Shown: positions 42,601 to 53,792 of the stretch, one piece after another | How the letters are laid out: each line of letters begins with the position of its first letter | Position numbering within the stretch: the first letter of the stretch is position 1 | NCBI GenBank assembly: GCA_001949185.1 | Contig: BDGG01000003.1 | Span: 1,811,164 to 1,875,163 of the forward strand | Source: Ramazzottius varieornatus | Lineage: Eukaryota; Animalia; Tardigrada | Direction of reading: 5' to 3' | Length of the DNA stretch: 64,000 nucleotides | Notes under the pieces: model-generated | Database searches by the model: none | Told to the model about the DNA's origin: nothing | The model's input: only the letters and a program-made list of their open reading frames with translations | Made by a program: the position numbers and the translations under genes

Positions 42601-45600
42601 CTTTTCGAGCGCCACGGTGTTGGCAAATCTGCTTGGTAATTTCCAGCGCTCGTTTCGCGCGAGCTGGTCCGCTCTCTTCCGGTACCGTGTCGTCCATTAG
42701 TAGGGTATCCATGCCTTCTGGTTGCACCGGTGGTTCGGGGTTAGGTGGTCGATAACGTTCGCTGCCTGATCGTCCGCGAGCCAGATCTACCCCTTCACCG
42801 CGAGCTCGACGCATGGCTTCTACCATGTTCCCACGACGGATCTTTAGAAGCTGATGGATGTGGTCAGGTCCAACACCAAAGTCTTCAGCCAGAGGAAAGT
42901 CCAGAAGGTCTTCGTCTCGAAGAATGTGGCGACCGAAGCCATGATCTGTGAGGAGAAAGTCGTCACATAAATATAGATTTCGTTTAAATACCGTACTTTC
43001 ATTTTTGTCTTGTCGTAATGGATTATATTTTCGAGTCTCTGAAACTGAATTTTATTACCTGGGTCATTTCGAGACGCTTGTAGATTTTTCGGGAAGTCTT
43101 TCCGTGGTTGTGGGGCACACACTGCCGCACAGACATGCAGGATGTTACGGTTACCATCCGCGCATTCCCGGAGGTACTTCTCAAACAGGGCACCAGTGGA
43201 CGAGAGAATCTGCGTCACCTTCTCACCGTCCACTTCAAAGACGCTTTGGACCAACGAGTGCTCATGAACGACAAAGGCCACAGCTGCGCAAGGAAACTTG
43301 CTGCCTTGTCGGCTAGGCACCGTGATCGTCCGAATGTATGTGCTGAGTGAGTAGACGGGCGAGGAGTTGAGGGCGTGAGGAACCCGCAGGTTCCCATTGT
43401 TGTCTTTCTCCAGCGGGTAGAAGCACTTGTTACCGTCTAACATCATTGTAAAACCATCCTACGAAACATAAGCTCAAAATCTAATGCCGGGACGATTACT
43501 ATGGTATTTGGAATCTCGTATGACAGATCAGCAGATGCTAATAAGACAATCTTCAGGCACCTGCATACACAAAACCACGGCAAAGGTATACTAGCCGTGT
43601 ATGCAGGTACATTGGGATACAACCTTCGTGTACCTACACACAACCCAATGGATCCTTCAGTGCGCGCAAGTATGCAAATGCTTGATACAACTGTGTTTTG
43701 CTTGCTGCGAATGTCAAGTTTCTGAGTTTCTTACCCGACCACCTGTCGCTAGCCTGATGTTACATTCCGAGTTGCCCAAAATGTACTTCGCTTCACACAG
43801 AAACCTGCTCTGGGAGTCCTTCTTTCCGCTTTGGAGGTTATAGTTGACCAGCGACAGCTTGCCCGAGACGCCCAGGACGACCATCTGGATGCTTCGAGTG
43901 TTCGGTGCACAGGCCAGGACCTTCTTGCAGCTGGCACTGATCCGCAGCTTCTTCGGCGTCTTCTGGACAGAGTCAGTATTCTTCGTGGAAGTGCTAGTCG
44001 ACTGCGCACCACGATGCAGCGCTAAGTCACTCTTTCTGATACACTTCGAGTCTTCTAATCCTCGAGAAGAGCCAGTTTCGGAGCCCGGAAGATCCTGAGA
44101 GAATGTCACGTAAGCGTGATCTTCCGTCAGCTGGAAGATAAGAAGAAATTCGTATTGAAAACACCGACGAACAATTCAGACGAAATTTCGTCAGCCAGAC
44201 AACCGACATACAGTACCTTTGTGATCTGGCCGATCAACGGTGCTTTGACGCCTTCGTCTATAATGACGACATCTTTCGGCTGCCAGGATTCCGTCACGAA
44301 CTTCGTGTCGACTGGCTCAATTTCCGATGGACGCTTCGCTCCAACGTGGTGCTCGACTGGTCGGACATCTTGGTTGGAAGCCGAGCCCTTTACTGGAGAG
44401 ATGGGCTTTCCGGTGGCTGGATTAAGTAACCGGAAACGAGCGACACTCGAAAGGTCCCACACTACAAAACAAAAACGTCTTCATCGCCGGTTATAATCGG
44501 AATGTTCGAGTAACTTACTGTTGTCCAAAAGCTCTCCACACTGTAATTCGCCCCAAATGTTGACACGGAAGCCGATGGCACCAGGCTGGTAGACTGCACC
44601 GGTTCGATACACTACCGTGGAACCAACTTGCAGGTCACCCATGGACGACGGCTGCTTCGGACGTTTGGAAGGCTTCGATCGAGTCTTCTCCCATAAACGA
44701 TGACGATAACCCAGTGGCATCACACCCCTTAGAAAAGAATACAATATCACAAGGTTCGTCGAATGGCAGCGATTTCGTATCATTCAAATGAGTTCGACAG
44801 CCTTATCGGAAAACAGTTTTGGATCATACTTACCACCAGTAAAGGCATCCTGACTCGACACGGACGCAGGTATACAGAAGCGAGACGTTCACTTCCAAGA
44901 CAGTTTCCGTTTGGAGCTCTTGGAACGAAGTCGCCGGATGTTCTAACTTCTTCGCCAGGACAGACATGCTTTCATCAACCATCGTTGCGAGCTACAGACA
45001 GAAGGAGGAAAAGGATAAGCTACAAAATTAATGGTGACCGTCGAGAAAGTATGAAGAGACCTACCTTTCCAGACTTGGTAAGGAATGTGGCGCGGATACT
45101 ACACACGGCCATCATGGTGACTTGCTCCCTGTGCAGCCCCAAAGCGACCGACTTGGGATGAGATCCAATCTGGTTGACGGACACTTCCATGTTGTCTAGA
45201 GTCGCGCCAGGCTCGAGTTCTAAGTTCAGCGAAGGAGTCTCTGCGTAAGCATGTGGTTCTGACCACTGCCACTGATAGATCTGCCCATCTTCCCCGAGGC
45301 ACACCAGCTCGGAGTGCATGGCACCTATCGCTGTGAACTTCGGAACAACCCGCGTTTCCTAAAAGCAAAATACGAATATAGTACTGCTTATTTTGTAGAT
45401 CTATGCAAACCAAACAATAGAAGCGACATGGGCAAATGATTCAAGTGGCGCACACTTTCCGCCACTGACAATGAAAACGTGCGCCACTTCAATTATCGAT
45501 CAGGTTCAGTCCATTTGCCTCCATCCCAGCTGGAGTTTGCATTTACCCAATCGGGGAACTTGAAGCATTCGATGTTATCGCCCAGGACAGGCGAAGCAGT

Positions 45601-47537
45601 AATGGGTTGAGCCGAGTTCCACGAGCTGGCTTTCTCCCGGCGTTCTCGGGTAGTGTTGGCGCTGCTCCAAGGACCTGATACCGAATATCGCGACGACACT
45701 GAAGGAACGTAGGGTGGTGGCGCCGCACCACTTTCAGCGCCGGAAGGATCCATGGCGTCTTCCATCAAACTGATCAGCATTTCATCTGTCGAAACTCAGT
45801 TCGCTCAGTACACTCACGACGAACTAGGTGAAACCAAATTCTGATATTCGTACTCAGCGCTTACTATGACTGGCTATTTCTTCCGATTCGTCCACATCAT
45901 CGTCTTCTCGACCCAGCAGATTATTCACCGCAGTGTTGACGTCCAAATTCTGTAAGTGGAAATGACTTCAAAACACTCAAATACTTTAGGAACTCTAAAT
46001 ACTCAGCAAGAAGTTCTTTACCGTTCGAAGAAGCTCTCGAACCACAGTTCGCCTAGATTTCCCTTGGAGAATTGTTTGGACCTGGAAAAGTGAACAACAC
46101 CAGTGGGAAACGTTCCGCGCGGCTTTTTTACTTGTACGAACTAACCTGAGCGACCAGTTCTTCCGGGACCGACGAGGAAGGTACCGTCACTCGCCTGACC
46201 GACACTTCTCGATTCAGCAGCGGATCGACTACGGCAGTTCGATGGAAACTTGCAGAAGCCAGTTGTGGAGGCTGTACTTGGTGGGCCGCCGTGGACGCTT
46301 CCGCTGGCAAGTGCGACGCGCTACCTCGACCTCTGCTCAACACCAGCGGCGCATGGACCAGTCCTTCCGTCCCCAAACGACGGGCTGCCGAGCGTCGTGT
46401 CGCTTGGATGACGGCTGCGCTTGGCACGGTATTGGCCGGAGCACGGGAGGATGAGGAAGTCAATGTGGAGGAACTGTAGAGACGCGGATTTCGTCGTTGC
46501 TGGAGCTGGATATCATTGATGGCTTGTTGAACGACTTGACTGGTCGTTCGGACACTGCTGGAGGTTTCAGTGTCCATGTGCGACTTCTTTGGAGGTGGCC
46601 TACGGAAAGAAAGATCTATGTGTACACTAACTAAAGAAACCCGAAAGGTCCGACGAATTTTTCTGTGTGAAAGTCCTCATATGGGACGTGGTCAAATGAT
46701 TACAGCCAGATCATTTGCTTAGGTGGCGCACGTTTCCATTGTTATTAGCTGAAACAGTGCGCCATCTGGGACAGCGATCTGGTTCAAGCCATCTTTCCAC
46801 GTCCCATATCTGAAAATTATGAACGTATAATATTGCCAGAGTATTCGCAGTTCAAAAGCCTGTTTCGGCAACGAACGTTCAGCTTCGAACTGTATCCAGA
46901 AGATGGTCAAGATACATAGTATTCAGAAAATTTCTTACTCTTGTCCGACGCGACTCTTGCTGCTGGCAGATTCTAACGCAGCCGCATTTTCTGGCTTGGA
47001 ATCACAATCGACGCTGTAAGATATTCGCCTCACAGTTCCATTCTACAGAGAAAACAAACACGGTTCAAGCTGTTCGAAGATAATACGAACAGGAATGAAT
47101 CTGGAATTTTCGGATTCCGGAAAACTCTTACATCGAGCAGGAAGGCCAAGTATTCCGGTCCAACACCAACTTGGCTGATTCCCACTTGGTTCAACTCTTG
47201 CAAAATTCCCGAAATGTCTGGAAATCCATTTTGTTCCTGAATCGACTCTTCTAGCCTGAAACATTAACAGGAAACTCAAACAGCAGCGGGAACAGCCTGT
47301 TCCCGACCAAATTACACGAGTTAATTAACCTCTTTTGTCCTTTCGTCCCGACGACACGACGATGAAGTACGTCGTTACTCATATTCATAAATAAAACAAC
47401 CAGACGATCACAAATGAAGCTTACTTTAGGTTTATGGCATCGACGGGTGCGGGGAGTCCATGGAGGAAGAATCGGAGAGAGGTGGTGGATATCTTCTTGG
47501 CTGTATATTCTTCGAACAGCTGACTGGCGACTGCCAT
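33627..47537 (-). CDS. UBR5: HECT E3 ubiquitin ligase UBR5/EDD/hyperplastic discs, multi-exon
   Basis: N-terminal [12 protein letters not shown]; UBA ([44 protein letters not shown]); UBR box ([34 protein letters not shown]...[11 protein letters not shown]); [25 protein letters not shown]; [17 protein letters not shown]; MLLE-like segment; HECT with [18 protein letters not shown] and [10 protein letters not shown]. Confidence 0.96.
33986..34033. repeat. Family A core, UBR5 intron
   Basis: cagctggcgca-N26-tgcgccacttg. Confidence 0.8.
34847..34985. repeat. Degenerate (CATGA/CATGT)n pentamer-like tract in a UBR5 intron
   Basis: gtcatgtcatattacatgacacg...; similar tracts at about 6585-6650 and 28678-28740. 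Confidence 0.5.
35483..36257. repeat. Family B array of three units; the middle unit is split by a hAT-type MITE; UBR5 intron
   Basis: 35483-35532 (N30); 35565-[insertion]-36166 (N30 after removing the insertion and one TSD); 36208-36257 (N30). Confidence 0.85.
35606..36149. mobile_element. Non-autonomous hAT-type element, 544 bp
   Basis: TIR TAGACCTGAG / CTCAGGTCTA; perfect 8-bp TSD TGCGCGAG (35598-35605, 36150-36157); many subterminal CACACC/GGTGTG repeats. Confidence 0.92.
37365..37413. repeat. Family A core, UBR5 intron
   Basis: caagtggcgca-N27-tgcgccactta. Confidence 0.85.
38058..38105. repeat. Family A core, UBR5 intron
   Basis: caagtggcgca-N26-tgtgccacttg. Confidence 0.85.
38979..39028. 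repeat. Family B module, UBR5 intron
   Basis: acctacatac-N30-gaatgcaggt. Confidence 0.7.
39416..39464. repeat. Family A core, UBR5 intron
   Basis: aaagtggcgca-N27-cgcgccacttg; outer arms gggagcc...ccgagctc. Confidence 0.85.
40784..40916. repeat. Family B module, two units, UBR5 intron
   Basis: acct-catac-N30-gtatgcaagt and acttgcatac-N29-gtatgcaggt. Confidence 0.75.
41989..42037. repeat. Family A core, UBR5 intron
   Basis: caagtggcgcg-N27-agcgccacttg. Confidence 0.85.
42434..42542. repeat. Family A element with well-preserved outer arms, UBR5 intron
   Basis: gggagctcggcaaagaaactcgacaagactgttttcca-caagtggcgca-N26-tgcaccaccttg...tttgccgagctcc; core 42472-42520. Confidence 0.85.
43559..43679. 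repeat. Family B module, two units, UBR5 intron
   Basis: acctgcatac-N30-gtatgcaggt (perfect, 43559-43608) and acctacacac-N28-gtatgcaaat. Confidence 0.8.
45442..45490. repeat. Family A core, UBR5 intron
   Basis: caagtggcgca-N27-tgcgccacttc. Confidence 0.85.
46720..46768. repeat. Family A core, UBR5 intron
   Basis: taggtggcgca-N27-tgcgccatctg. Confidence 0.8.
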
Positions 47538-47805
47538 TTCCAGTACTCCCTTTCCGCTTCAGTCGACACTCATGGGCGCTGGAGTAATCTTCTTCGAACT
47601 CACAACCACTCAGAAATCAAGATTGTGGCTTGTAGGAGATGAAATACCGTTGAAGACGAAGACTTCAAAAGGCAAGACGTGAACTTGAGGAAAACTTCGA
47701 GGAAAAAGAACTGTACCAGTAAAAACGGAGTCTACGCGTACGGAGTCGTGCGCGTAGACCAAGCCCGGGTACACGCGTGCAGCAGTTCCAGACAATCAAG
47801 TTGTA

Positions 47806-47941
47806 TCTGAAATCAAACGGGAGATGCTACTTAATCAGACGATCAATTACCGGAACAACATTCAAGGCGGTTGAATCGTCCTTGTCCTGGCATGTTTCAA
47901 TCCTTGTCTGATTAAGTAGTATCTCCCGTTTGGATTTCAGA
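47806..47941. mobile_element. TA-flanked MITE, 136 bp
   Basis: About 35-bp TIRs tctgaaatcaaacgggagatgctacttaatcagac / gtctgattaagtagtatctcccgtttggatttcaga, with TA on both sides. Confidence 0.8.
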
Positions 47942-48327
47942 TACTGTATTTTTATTTATTTCTTTTCAATGTGAAATTGCTTTATTCAAACAAATGACTT
48001 TTTCTTCAAAAGAAGACCACAATGAAGCACGAGACTAAATCAAAATCAACAAGTTACGTGAACACGGTTCTTCCCTTCCTAAGATCCAAAACATAGAATA
48101 TTTCTTCGAGTCCTTTAGTCTCCTTCGCAGTACCCAAAACACAAAAAGCGTTACCCCGCTGTATGTCAAGAGACAAGCGCTGTTTGAAATATTGAAGAGA
48201 TCTAGTCTAAAAACAAAACTGAACAGACTTCTTCCCGATCGCGTTGATCAATTCCGTCGCTGCAGGTCCCCAAGATCCGAAGGTCTCGAATCCCAAAGGA
48301 ACGAAGAGGTACTGTGAAGCGAAGACA

Positions 48328-49970
48328 CTGTATTCCCCCGATATGTTCGCGAAGCTACGTCACACTTCAGGAATTTTAACCACCAGGGGGCAGATTTACC
48401 CAATTTCAGTTAATCAACAATCACTCGAGAAGCTTTCCAGAGAAGAGTCATCTGCCGCTTCTTCATCAGAACCTCCCTCGACAGAGCTAAAGCTATACTC
48501 TAAAATGTTTCTTTCGTCTTCTTCAAGAAAACCTTGGAAGCCAACTCTTACGTTGGTTCAGGAAGGATTTGAGCTCCTACCAAGGCGTTCTCGATCGTTT
48601 CAGGGGTATTTTGGCTCCAAGCTTCGGAAACGAAGTTTATGAAGTCCTGTCGAGATGGTTTATTCAAATATCGTTTGCTTGTCGCATCAGTCCTGACTTT
48701 CCTCCATTCATGATATGCCTTCTTCATCAGTGCTTTGAAGGGCGCATCAACACCAGCGTCAAGTAGTTGATACTTGCGAGTCAGCCCCTTCGGGATGAAG
48801 ACTTGGTGCACTTTCATTTTTTTCCAAAAGCTCGGCGCTCTCGAACTTCAGATGTCCAGGAAAATTATCACGAAGAAGGAACAAGAAATCTGGGTCTTTG
48901 CCATCAAACAAACCGTCGATCCATTCCAAATCTAGACGAGAGTTCCACCACGCCGTTCGTGTACTGTACACGATGACGTTTTCCGGTATTATCAACTTGT
49001 TTACGATCCTTCCCGATAACTTTCCGGTCTTCGCTCCCCCTTTGAAGACTATAGCAGTAGGAAACTTTTGCCCATCGCCAGTTACGACACGTCCCACCGT
49101 AAATCTTTCTCTCTCACCCGATGACTGACACAATCACCTGCTTTCCACCAATCAGCGACAGAGTTTTACCCGTGTTTTGCAGTGAAACGCTAGTCTGATC
49201 AAAATTTATGCTTCTGCTTACGTAAGTGTTCTCTAGCGTGACGATTTCTTCAATGCGTTCCATGAACTCGTGCTCCTCTTTCTGTCGAAAGGAATACCGG
49301 TTCAGCGTATGACAAATCTTTAAGCAGGGCTGGGAGGAAACACCAAGAATTTTAGGCGGAAAATCAGAGGCTGTCTTACCTCATCTTCAGCCGAAGGTTT
49401 GGTCTTTCTTCCCACTTTTGTTGTTGCTCTGTAGGTCGAACGGTACTTCTTCATTCGATAAAGCCATCCGTTGGAGGCTTTCAAGTCGGCTTTCAAGTTG
49501 AGGATTTTGCAGACTGCACTGCCCAGATACGAATGTCGGTGTCGCGGACCGGAAGCCCAACGTTTCTTTTCCTTACAAACTCCGTGTAAGCCCGTCTCTC
49601 AACGTCTTCGAAGACTGGCTTTCTTTGGCTTTTGAACGTGCCTTCCGCTAATTGTAACCAGTTTCGCGAACGCATTCACCGACTTCCCACTCTGTTCCTG
49701 TCCGCTCAAATTCCTCCGTGCTTCGCTGACTCTATACACAGCATGTGGTCTCCCCATCTCTAGCGTTCAAGACCAAAACACCAGAGCCCACACAAAATCT
49801 CTCACTGGTATCTTCTTCGTCCGAAAACTTGTTGGGAAACTTATACATCAGTTTTCTCGCGAAAATGCTGATCAAACAATCAGTTGTATGGCCCAGGCAG
49901 TCCTTTTCTACTTGCGGGCAGTCTGTACGTACGTTGGACGTAGCTTCGCGAAGATATCGGGGGAATACAG
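48328..49970 (-). mobile_element. Decayed pogo/Tc2-like (Tc1/mariner superfamily) DNA transposon
   Basis: TIRs CTGTATTCCCCCGATATGTTCGCGAAGCTACGTC / GACGTAGCTTCGCGAAGATATCGGGGGAATACAG; TA on the right and CA on the left; internal transposase remnants. Confidence 0.9.
48548..49848 (-). pseudogene. Frameshifted pogo-type transposase (CENP-B-like HTH plus DDE_1)
   Basis: Fragments in different frames: FEDVERRAYTEFVRKRNVGLPV, KASNGWL, NFDQT, ERERFTV, TAWWN, LLRDNFPGH, FIPKGLTRKYQLLDAGVDAPFKALMK, PSRQDFINFVSEAW. Confidence 0.85.
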
Positions 49971-50332
49971 TACACCTTGATTGACTGACACTGCTGCACG
50001 CGTGTCCCCGAGCTTGGTCTACGCGTACGACTCCGTACAGGGTCGTACATTACGAAGATCAAGGATCTTATCAGCAGATCTTCCCCACTAGCGAGATGAT
50101 CACGAGGTGATCTCGAGGTGATCAACTTTATGGAACGGCCATTTGATAGCCGTTCAACCTGTTTGAACATGCAGAGCTAAATCTGGGCAGAACTAGTCTG
50201 CAGGAAGTTTACCGTTTGGGGTCTATGGTTGGTTGAACAGAGCTTACAACAAGTTTTTGCAGTTCAATTGTACCTACGTGGGCTACATCTGACCAGTGTT
50301 GTACGATGGCGTACATTCAATGTGCAGGCAAG

Positions 50333-50911
50333 TAGGGTTGTTAACGGATGGATCACACAGTCATCCGGGAAGCAGTCGGATGGATAGAACTCCCATCCGA
50401 ATCGGTTGCCGATGGATGGGTCTTCTATCCGGACGATCCGGATCTTATCCGGATAAAAACTCGAAGCTTGGATTAGAGCCTCACAGATGCCCCACTAATT
50501 ATAATTCGTAGGTTATGACATGCTGTGTTGCCGGACAGCATAGTCCATCCAATTTAATAATCCTCCGTCAACATAGTCTGCATACTTCTACTCAAAAATT
50601 AAAACCCAAGTCTTTAAATGACAAGACAGAGATTGCGTAAACAAAACTACGCTAAAAAGACAAGCTTGTAGTGAGATTGCGAATTTCTGTCGGATTACCC
50701 GCTGGTGTATTGGACTGTTTGATTGCGCGTTAGTAGTTTTGATTCTATCAGGATAGAAAGCCGGATAGATGGAGAGCTCATCCGGATCCCATCTGGATCG
50801 ATAGGATCTCTATCCGGTTAACAGCTGGATGGATAGAATGCTTATCCAATCCAACTCCTGTCCTGATTCATCCGGATCCATCCGATGTCGGATTGGATAT
50901 CAACAACCCTA
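50333..50911. mobile_element. Non-autonomous hAT-type element, 579 bp
   Basis: TIR TAGGGTTGTT / AACAACCCTA; perfect 8-bp TSD CAGGCAAG (50325-50332, 50912-50919); subterminal ATCCGG/GGAT repeats. Confidence 0.9.
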
Positions 50912-50944
50912 CAGGCAAGCAAGTACAAGCCTGGATTCGCGTAC

Positions 50945-51405
50945 AGCACTGTAGAACACTGGGCCGCAGGTACAAAAGTACGCTGCAACTGTGCTGCGCA
51001 CATTACCAGGGCGCTGTCCGCTGCGCTGTGCTGCACAACTTTCATGCCCAGTGGCTAAGCAGCTGTGCTGCAGATGCACGTTGACCTGGTGCAACTGCGC
51101 GGAACGCCAATGTATTGAGGTGGTTTGTAATTCAGTCAGTGAAATCGGTCGTCAACCTGGAGAACGTTGCCCTAAAGTACAGCTTCGCCGTACTTTAGGG
51201 CAACGGCCGACGTTCGAATGCCCAAAAACTGAAATTTTTGTCAGGTTTTGGTAGGTGCATCTGGGCGGTAGTCTATGGCTTTCTGCTGTATGCTGTGCTG
51301 TGCCGCACAAATTTCGTCAGTTCACGCGCTGCAGCTGTGCTGTGCTGCAGCACAGCTGCAGTACAGTACAGCGCATGCGGTCAGATTCCGTGCTCTACAG
51401 CACTG
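50945..51405. mobile_element. Probable older non-autonomous DNA element with CTGTG/GCTGC subterminal repeats
   Basis: Imperfect termini cagcactgtagaacac / gtgctctacagcactg and mirrored tgtgctgc-rich blocks; no TSD found. Confidence 0.45.
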
Positions 51406-52464
51406 GGTACACAAGTGTTCTCCGCCGAGCACACGTGTAACAACGCGCACTTGCTAGGAACCACGTGGCCCAAAAAACCTAACGTCTCGAGACAAAATAA
51501 ATTTTGCTGGCTTGTGTCCAGTTCTGCAACGTGCTGCTACGTCACGCTTTGCCAGTCAAAAACCAGGCCAGAAAAATCCGCCCAGAAGGTACGGTACTGC
51601 GACGTACTTGTACTATGTGCCTGTTTCGGTCGGTTCCATAGCAGGTTCCTGCAGTTCGAAAACAACGAATCAGAAAAACTGGCGCAACGAAACTAAGCTG
51701 GGGAATAAAGCAATAAGCAGTTCGACGTGTTCTGTTGTTCCTCTGTTCTGCATATTCAAATTCCGTTCCGTGCGAGTCGTCCCTGCTCTGCTCTTCCAGT
51801 CTACCTCTACTTCGATTTCGCGCGTCGCAGTTTTTGCAAAACATCTGATTTTGTAACCTTTGCTGAGATTGCTCTTTAATTTGCTGATACTCCTGCGCAT
51901 TTCTCATCGAGATTGACGCTTTCGGGGCTTCATGTTTTCCAAGGTAAGGAACAGAACAGGACTCTGTTCTTACAAGTACATAGCCTTCTCTACCGCAGTG
52001 TACGCCACCGGATGGTCCAGAAGTCGGGCTTGAATCCTTAGCGCATAACATGGTTGTACTGGGTTACCGCGAAGAACGCAGTACGAACCGAAATTACATT
52101 GGTGCTGTTTCTTTACAGAGTTGCCTACGAGCTTCCTCCCAGCCCTTGAGATCAGATCAGACGTCGGTCTTCCAAGGGAACCGAGAGAGGACCCGACAGC
52201 ATCCTCTTATCCTACTTGAGACAGTTCCCCGTCATTTCCTGCCGGTATGTGCCATGTTTCGTTTCGGTGACAGAAGCCAGCTGCTTAGAATACTTTCACA
52301 TTTTCCTGAATTTTCGACGAAGTTCTTCGTCTAACAGATGAGATTTGTGGGTAAACGCAATTGGAGATGTGGGCACAGAATCACGGTTCTTCTGAAGATA
52401 ATCAAGTTTCTTGCATAGGGCGCAGCCGCGCTGACGTCATCATTCTTGTCAACTTGTCAGTCAT

Positions 52465-53792
52465 TAGACTGCGTGCGCAAAATCAATCAACCGCTCACAT
52501 TTGCCCTCTCACATTACGACTCTCACATTTGGTCCGGACCGACTCCACCCCGACTTCGGTATTGGGCGAAGGCCGAATGTGAGCCGTCAGCCGTCATGTG
52601 AGCAGCTGATGGCTCACAAACTCGGCGATGAAATGTGAGAACGACGAACGGAAATTTTCATCCCTCACATGTTTCTGAATTTCCGCTGACTCCGATTATT
52701 AGAACGGCAACATCGGGAATTAAGACGCAACGGAAGTGCCCAAGTTTTGATATGTAGTTTGATTCAAATACCGGTATAACCATACCAAGAAGAAGGCCGC
52801 CTTTTCAATCCTTGATCTTTCGGTGCTTCTAGAGGGGAAAAAATCTGTGCTCGTGCATTTTGGCCAGGAATGGCGGACGATGGATGGAACGGACTCGATC
52901 TCCTGTGGGAAGCAGCGCTTTCCCGTGAGTCGGCTGGTGCAGACTTATCCGATGTCGTCAGCTCTGAAATTACCTCCAGCACTCCAACAGTAACGCTGTT
53001 CTCTTCACCTCGACAATTATTTATGACTCTCCCGGGCAATCAGCCAAAAAGAACCGGCACTAGCAGCAGGCCGTCTGTAACGCGCGGACGTCCGGCGCAA
53101 GTGCAAGACGCACCATCAGTTTCTCCCACATCAGCGTCGTCTTCAGCTGCTCTAGAGACCAACCACAGGAAAAGAGTACGCGGTTCCAAACCATGGACTT
53201 CGAACGCAGGTCGACAGCGACGTGACAGAGATTCCGAAGCCGAAAAGACAGTCGAGGAAAGAAATGGACAGCGACACTACTGCGCCTCGTCCGAAGTTAA
53301 CTCGCGAAGAGGAAACGCAGGAGAGACTGCTGGCTGTGGATGATATCAATCCCTATCAGAATCCTCCCGGAAGAAAGCGATACGGTTGACTCGGCTGTCA
53401 ATGCGGTGATGAACCCGTGGAAGCGAAACGTTCGTGTCAGCTGAGCTGACAACCGACAAGCTATCGCCCCATTCTTCTGCCGCCGTCTTTCCGGTAACCA
53501 TCTTGGTAGCGATCGGGGTGAGTCCGCTTTCTTTTATGGATGAAAGTTCTGCAGAGTCTGGATGTTGGAGGGTGGCAAAAGCTAACAGATCAGTTTACTA
53601 ATTCAGAAAACGGAAAATCCGAACTGTAAGATGACGAAATGTGACGGATGATCGCAGCTGCGCACGTGAAAAGCAAGATGCTCACGTTTCCGTCACCAGA
53701 ACCACAACAAAGGTCGATTTGATTCGGTCAATTGTGAGAGATTATGTGAGAGTTCGAAATGTGATCGGTTGATTGATTTTGCGCACAGTCCC
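52465..53792. mobile_element. About 1.3-kb TIR element (possibly PIF/Harbinger-like) containing a 157-aa ORF
   Basis: About 60-bp imperfect TIRs gactgcgtgcgcaaaatcaatcaaccgctcacattt / aaatgtgatcggttgattgattttgcgcacagtccc; ctcaca/tgtgag subterminal repeats. The superfamily is inferred only from the GGG terminus. Confidence 0.7.
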
